From an uncultured Planctomycetales bacterium (GTDB lineage: Bacteria > Omnitrophota > Gorgyraeia > Zapsychrales > Fredricksoniimonadaceae), in assembly GCA_964483785.1 (NCBI GenBank), contig CAZACW010000003.1, positions 20,559 through 84,558 on the forward strand: 64,000 bases of DNA. Direction: 5' to 3'. Shown here piece after piece: positions 60,243 through 64,000 of this stretch. The notes beneath the pieces were generated by a model. That model had not been told where the DNA came from, did not search any database, and saw only the letters and a list, made by a program, of their open reading frames with translations. The stretch's first letter is position 1. Every line of letters begins with the position of its first letter. The position numbers and the translations under genes were made by a program.

Positions 60243-62118
60243 AGGCCGATAAAATGAAATCTTCCTTGCTTTTGGCAAACCAAAATTGATTGAATTGGGC
60301 CCCCTGCATGGAGATAATCCTGGGAGGGTTTTCCTCAATGGCCAGCAAGGCGCAGGGAGTAAAATGACCCAATGGATATTTCAATCCGGAGGAAATATTA
60401 CTGACTTGAACATGCTCGATCCTTAAATCCGCATCAGGATGTGCCTCCCGTAACAAGAGCCAGACGGGATATTCCCAGGAATCCACACCCATGATAAGAC
60501 CAATAAAGCGGCAATGGGTTGATTTGATCTTTTGGGCCGCCTGCTCGAAATAAGGCTGTTTTTCCGGGCTGATGGCAAAGTATTGCGGGATGATGGGGCT
60601 GGTCAAAATATTCCGGCGGCCCGGGGTCCACGGATGGTAATGATTGCTAAACAGCCAGGGCATGGAACAGACAAAGAAAATCAGGCTTGCCCACACCATG
60701 GCCCGGGGGACCAGCCGCTCCATAAAAACCGCGCAGGGCGCGCAAAACATCAAAAACAGCCAGAGATGAAAGCGGCTGATCCACGGCTGCCAGCGGATGA
60801 TCCAGCAAAACAGGATAAAGGACGCCAGCAGGGACAACAGGTAGGGCCAAAGCCCCCCGCTTTTTTGGGGCAAAACGAGCATCACGGCCAAGATCAGCGC
60901 GAAGAAAATAAAATGCATGAAATTACCGGCCCTGTCTTCGTCCGTATTCATGGCTGCGACGGAAAATTGACGGTTTAAAAAGGTGATGTCACGGTCATTG
61001 CCTGAAGCGCCTAAGGCATGTTCCGCAGAAAGAATAATTGTTTCGAACATATGATTAAGCCGTTGGGAAGGCGTTCCTAAGTGAGGGCCGGCCGCGCGCA
61101 GAACATTGCGCAGTAAGGTATGTACATCATGGGAAGCATTGACCAGGGTCGGCGTTTGCGGCGTTAAAGAGCCGGACATCTGATGATTACGCTGAAAATA
61201 TCCGGCGCTTAAGGACAGCGCTATCAGGACCATGATAATCCCGGGCCCAATTCTTTCAGCGGAGCTTTTAAACGGCTGAAACAAATAATTTAAGAAAAAA
61301 GGGATGATGTAAATATAGGCATAGCCCTTGGTCAAAAACGCAAGCCCCATGCCTATCCCGGCGCCCAGAATATTCGAGGCCTTTGGCACGCTTCTGAGCC
61401 GCAAAAGAAAATAGACAGCAGATAAAAGCCAAAAACTGACTAAATAATCGGTTTGAGTACTAACGGACTGCAAAATACCCATGGGCAAGGAAACGGCCAG
61501 CAAGCAGGCAAAAAGCTGGGCCTTGCGCGAGGCAGATAATTCTTGGGCGATCAAGGATATGGCTGTCAGGGAACCGAGCATGGCCCCCCATTGCAAGGCA
61601 TTGGCCGCTGTATCCGGGGCTTTTAAAGCCAAAAGATTGGCCAGGGCATATTCACCCCAGGGCGGATATATATTTTGCCGGTCTATGGCGCAAGGATAAA
61701 AGGCAACGGTCTTGTTTTGCAGCCAATGTTCGATGCGGGCAAGATGGTACACCAAGGAGTCCCAGGAATTGGGGGCGCCAAGCAGCGCGGTGATGAGGGT
61801 GATCAAGGCGATGAATTTGATCATCAAGATCAGGATTTTTTCATCACGGGGAAACCCCTTCCAATCTAAATCATTTAAAGGAAGGAGCTGCCATCTGCCC
61901 ATGCTTCCCACGATCAAGACAGCCAGGGACCAGCAGATGGATAACGGCCAAAAGCTAAAGGCATGGAACAAGCTCAAAATTTCCGTAAACAGCAATACCG
62001 CAAGGCCGCTGCCGCAGGCGGATAAGAGCAAGGCATGCCTTAGGCCTGAGCCATTCCATTTTGTCCTGGCCAGGGCAGCCAAAAAATAGAAAAACAGTAC
62101 GGGAAGAATAGCCAGCAT
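60229..62118 (-). CDS. Polytopic GT-C-fold membrane glycosyltransferase (ArnT/PMT/COG1807-like), putative
   Basis: 629 aa, at least 11 predicted TM in the N-terminal two-thirds and a periplasmic C-terminal domain. It is immediately downstream of an ArnC/GtrB-like GT2. Confidence 0.5.
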   Translation of the reverse strand: MLAILPVLFFYFLAALARTKWNGSGLRHALLLSACGSGLAVLLFTEILSLFHAFSFWPLSICWSLAVLIVGSMGRWQLLPLNDLDWKGFPRDEKILILMIKFIALITLITALLGAPNSWDSLVYHLARIEHWLQNKTVAFYPCAIDRQNIYPPWGEYALANLLALKAPDTAANALQWGAMLGSLTAISLIAQELSASRKAQLFACLLAVSLPMGILQSVSTQTDYLVSFWLLSAVYFLLRLRSVPKASNILGAGIGMGLAFLTKGYAYIYIIPFFLNYLFQPFKSSAERIGPGIIMVLIALSLSAGYFQRNHQMSGSLTPQTPTLVNASHDVHTLLRNVLRAAGPHLGTPSQRLNHMFETIILSAEHALGASGNDRDITFLNRQFSVAAMNTDEDRAGNFMHFIFFALILAVMLVLPQKSGGLWPYLLSLLASFILFCWIIRWQPWISRFHLWLFLMFCAPCAVFMERLVPRAMVWASLIFFVCSMPWLFSNHYHPWTPGRRNILTSPIIPQYFAISPEKQPYFEQAAQKIKSTHCRFIGLIMGVDSWEYPVWLLLREAHPDADLRIEHVQVSNISSGLKYPLGHFTPCALLAIEENPPRIISMQGAQFNQFWFAKSKEDFILSAYVKI

Positions 62119-62125
62119 GGTCTGC

Positions 62126-62815
62126 CTATGATGTAAACCTGTATTTGATGATCGGCCAATACATTTGCAGGGCCGTGCCCCAACGGATTTTCTTGCCTTG
62201 TGCGCGGGTGCGCGCGGTATAGCCGATGGGAAGCTCCTTGATCCTAAGCCCTTTTTTCAGGAATTTGATCGTGACTTCCGTCTCAAAGGCGAAATTCTGG
62301 GCGGTGATGGTGATGCCTTCAAAGGCCTTGCGCGTGAAAATTTTGTAACAGGTATTGATGTCCGTGATCCTGACGCCCCAGAGGGCGGAAAAAGTCCAGT
62401 TGGAGACCACGTTGGCGAAGCGGTTGATCCCCTCCATGTTCTGAATATGGCCTAAAAATCGGGAACCGTAAACAACCTGATATTCCTCTTTCAAGATGGG
62501 TTCAAGCAGTTTGGGATATTCATAAGGGTCATATTCCAGGTCCGCATCCTGGATGAGCAGGATATCTCCCTGGGCCTTGCTGAAACCCGTCAAGAGGGCC
62601 GATGTTTTGCCTCCGTTGGGTTTTTCAAAGACCTTGATAAGCGGTTGGGAAGCATATTTTTTCAAAACATCCGCGGTCCTGTCCTTGGAGCCGTCATTGA
62701 CAATGATGATCTCCTTGGTCAGGCCGGAAGGCAGCTGCACGGACAAGACCCTGTCAATCAGGGAAGCCACGGATTTTTCTTCGTTGTACACAGGTATGAT
62801 AATGGAAACCAGCAT
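62126..62815 (-). CDS. Polyprenyl-phosphate sugar synthase, GT2 (ArnC/GtrB/DPM1-like)
   Basis: MLVSIIIPVYNEEKSVASLIDRV ... IIIVNDGSKDRTADV ... LIQDADLEYDP. 229 aa and soluble or peripheral. Confidence 0.8.
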   Translation of the reverse strand: MLVSIIIPVYNEEKSVASLIDRVLSVQLPSGLTKEIIIVNDGSKDRTADVLKKYASQPLIKVFEKPNGGKTSALLTGFSKAQGDILLIQDADLEYDPYEYPKLLEPILKEEYQVVYGSRFLGHIQNMEGINRFANVVSNWTFSALWGVRITDINTCYKIFTRKAFEGITITAQNFAFETEVTIKFLKKGLRIKELPIGYTARTRAQGKKIRWGTALQMYWPIIKYRFTS

Positions 62816-62837
62816 CGAATGCTCCTTTGGTTTTTGT

Positions 62838-64000
62838 TTAAAATTGAAAATAAATAAACTCTGAGACCTTAGACAACATCATAAGGGAACAGGCGAATAA
62901 AAAACCGGCATACAAGGCCCAACTGAGCGTTGGCCTCCAGGGCCCCTGCAGGGCCGGTGATTGCTTTTGTTTTTGAACATGACTGCTGTATTCCGGGCCG
63001 CTGTAATGCATCAAGGTCTGCGTATTGGGCGCAAACCAGGTGACCGACAGCAGGACCAGGGCCAGGACCAGGGTCACGGCCGGGTCCACCGGCGATCGCG
63101 AGAATTGCGCGTGATGGTCCCAATGGGCCAGGGACGGCGGCAGTAAAAAGCCGTGAAGGCCCATCATGCTTTTGAGTATGTCCCAGGCAATGGACACATC
63201 CGCGGCCCGGAAAAAGACCCAGCCGACGAGCACGGCCAAAAAAGTCAGGGCCTGGGAACAAAGATTGGCGCCTGCATTGTTTTCTGGTACAGAGATGTTC
63301 AGGCGCGCCAACAGGGCCCTCCATCCGTGGTTGATGATTAAGTAGGTCCCGTGCAAGGCGCCCCAGACCACAAAGGTCCAGCCCGCGCCATGCCAGATCC
63401 CGCCTAAGAGCATGGTCAAAAGCAAATTGACATATCTGCGCACCGGGCCTTTGCGGTTGCCTCCCAGTGGAATGTAAAGGTAATCTCTTAAAAAGCGAGA
63501 AAGCGTCATATGCCAGCGTTGCCAGAATTCGATGATGCTTTTAGATTTGTACGGGGAATTGAAATTCACAGGCAGATGGATGCCAAACAAGAGGCCGATG
63601 CCGATGGCCATGTCCGAGTAAGCTGAAAAGTCAAAATACAGCTGGACCGCGTAGCTCAAGGCCGCACTCCAGGCCGCCAGAAAATCCAGGTGCTGGCCTT
63701 TGGCGCAAACGTTAAACTGCAGTGTGGCAAATTTGGCGATGGTGTCCGCCACCATCACTTTTTTGGAAAGGCCGATGGCAAAGATCGTCATGCCCCAGGA
63801 AATCGAATCCAGGGTAACGGGTTTGGACTGCTTGAATTGGGGGATCACCTCGCTATGGTGTGTGATAGGCCCGGCAATAAGTTGAGGGAAAAAGGTCACA
63901 AATAAGGCATAATCCAAAAGGTCCAGGGAAGCGACCTTGTTCTGGTAAATGTCGATCAAAAGCCCGATTTTTTGGAAGGTAAAGAAAGAGATCCCGATAG
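62838..64000 (-). CDS. MBOAT-family membrane O-acyltransferase (AlgI/DltB-like). The 5' end lies beyond the window end.
   Basis: FFPQLIAGPI ... WQRWHMTLSRFLRDYLYIPLGGNRKG ... GIWHGAGWTFVVWGALHG with the conserved His. The frame stays open upstream to position 64000. Confidence 0.8.
   Translation of the reverse strand, partial: IGISFFTFQKIGLLIDIYQNKVASLDLLDYALFVTFFPQLIAGPITHHSEVIPQFKQSKPVTLDSISWGMTIFAIGLSKKVMVADTIAKFATLQFNVCAKGQHLDFLAAWSAALSYAVQLYFDFSAYSDMAIGIGLLFGIHLPVNFNSPYKSKSIIEFWQRWHMTLSRFLRDYLYIPLGGNRKGPVRRYVNLLLTMLLGGIWHGAGWTFVVWGALHGTYLIINHGWRALLARLNISVPENNAGANLCSQALTFLAVLVGWVFFRAADVSIAWDILKSMMGLHGFLLPPSLAHWDHHAQFSRSPVDPAVTLVLALVLLSVTWFAPNTQTLMHYSGPEYSSHVQKQKQSPALQGPWRPTLSWALYAGFLFACSLMMLSKVSEFIYFQF

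Noticed and set aside
1-64000. CRISPR arrays, transposases, integrases, phage genes, rRNA/tRNA
   Set aside because: I looked for direct-repeat spacing, IS terminal inverted repeats with transposase ORFs, and rRNA-like conserved blocks, and found none. The only dispersed repeat is the 28-bp palindrome.

Overview
This 64 kb window is almost entirely coding and almost entirely on the minus strand. Only two small, translationally coupled genes at 18669-19168 are on the plus strand. GC content is about 55%. I found no rRNA, tRNA, CRISPR array, transposase, integrase or phage gene.

Reading the minus strand 5'->3' (high to low coordinate), the window contains:
(a) A polysaccharide or glycan-modification island at 64000-49073. 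It holds an MBOAT O-acyltransferase that runs off the window end, an ArnC/GtrB-like GT2 next to a GT-C (ArnT/PMT-like) membrane transferase, two hexapeptide acetyltransferases, three GT2 and three GT4 genes including a tandem GT4-GT4 fusion, and a Wzy/O-antigen-ligase-like membrane protein.
(b) A membrane-anchored, DUF4091-like putative hydrolase at 49098-47374.
(c) Three paralogous giant secreted proteins of 1391, 688 and 1110 aa at 47317-37361. Each has a Cys-rich N-terminal module, a right-handed beta-helix core and C-terminal tandem Ig-like repeats.
(d) A complete type II secretion operon in canonical order gspC-D-E-F-G-H-I-J-K-L-M at 37237-27276.
(e) Contiguous with the T2SS, an exosortase/EPS cassette at 27256-22820. 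It has a polysaccharide deacetylase, a GT2, an exosortase, an EpsI-family protein, and a PglC-like sugar transferase whose N-terminal extension carries an in-frame PEP-CTERM-like motif. The sugar transferase is preceded by a textbook sigma-54 promoter.
(f) A GAF sensor histidine kinase, a sigma-54-dependent NtrC/PrsR-like response regulator and a GAF protein at 22756-19163.
(g) An FAD oxidoreductase (LhgO-like) at 18566-17373.
(h) A tetrapyrrole operon with a trifunctional HemC(truncated)-CobA-HemD fusion, hemB and hemL, followed by cupin and PilZ-like genes, at 17084-12099.
(i) A giant gene of more than 11.9 kb, at least 3963 codons, encoding a signal-peptide protein at 11889-1. It continues beyond the window start.

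A 27-28 bp GC-rich palindrome (CCATCACAACCCC(C)GGGGGTTGTGATGG) recurs three times in 5' regions of unrelated minus-strand genes. Several strong hairpins, terminators and a structured leader lie in the few intergenic gaps.

All functional calls come from motif-level reading of the translated ORFs. I ran no database search.
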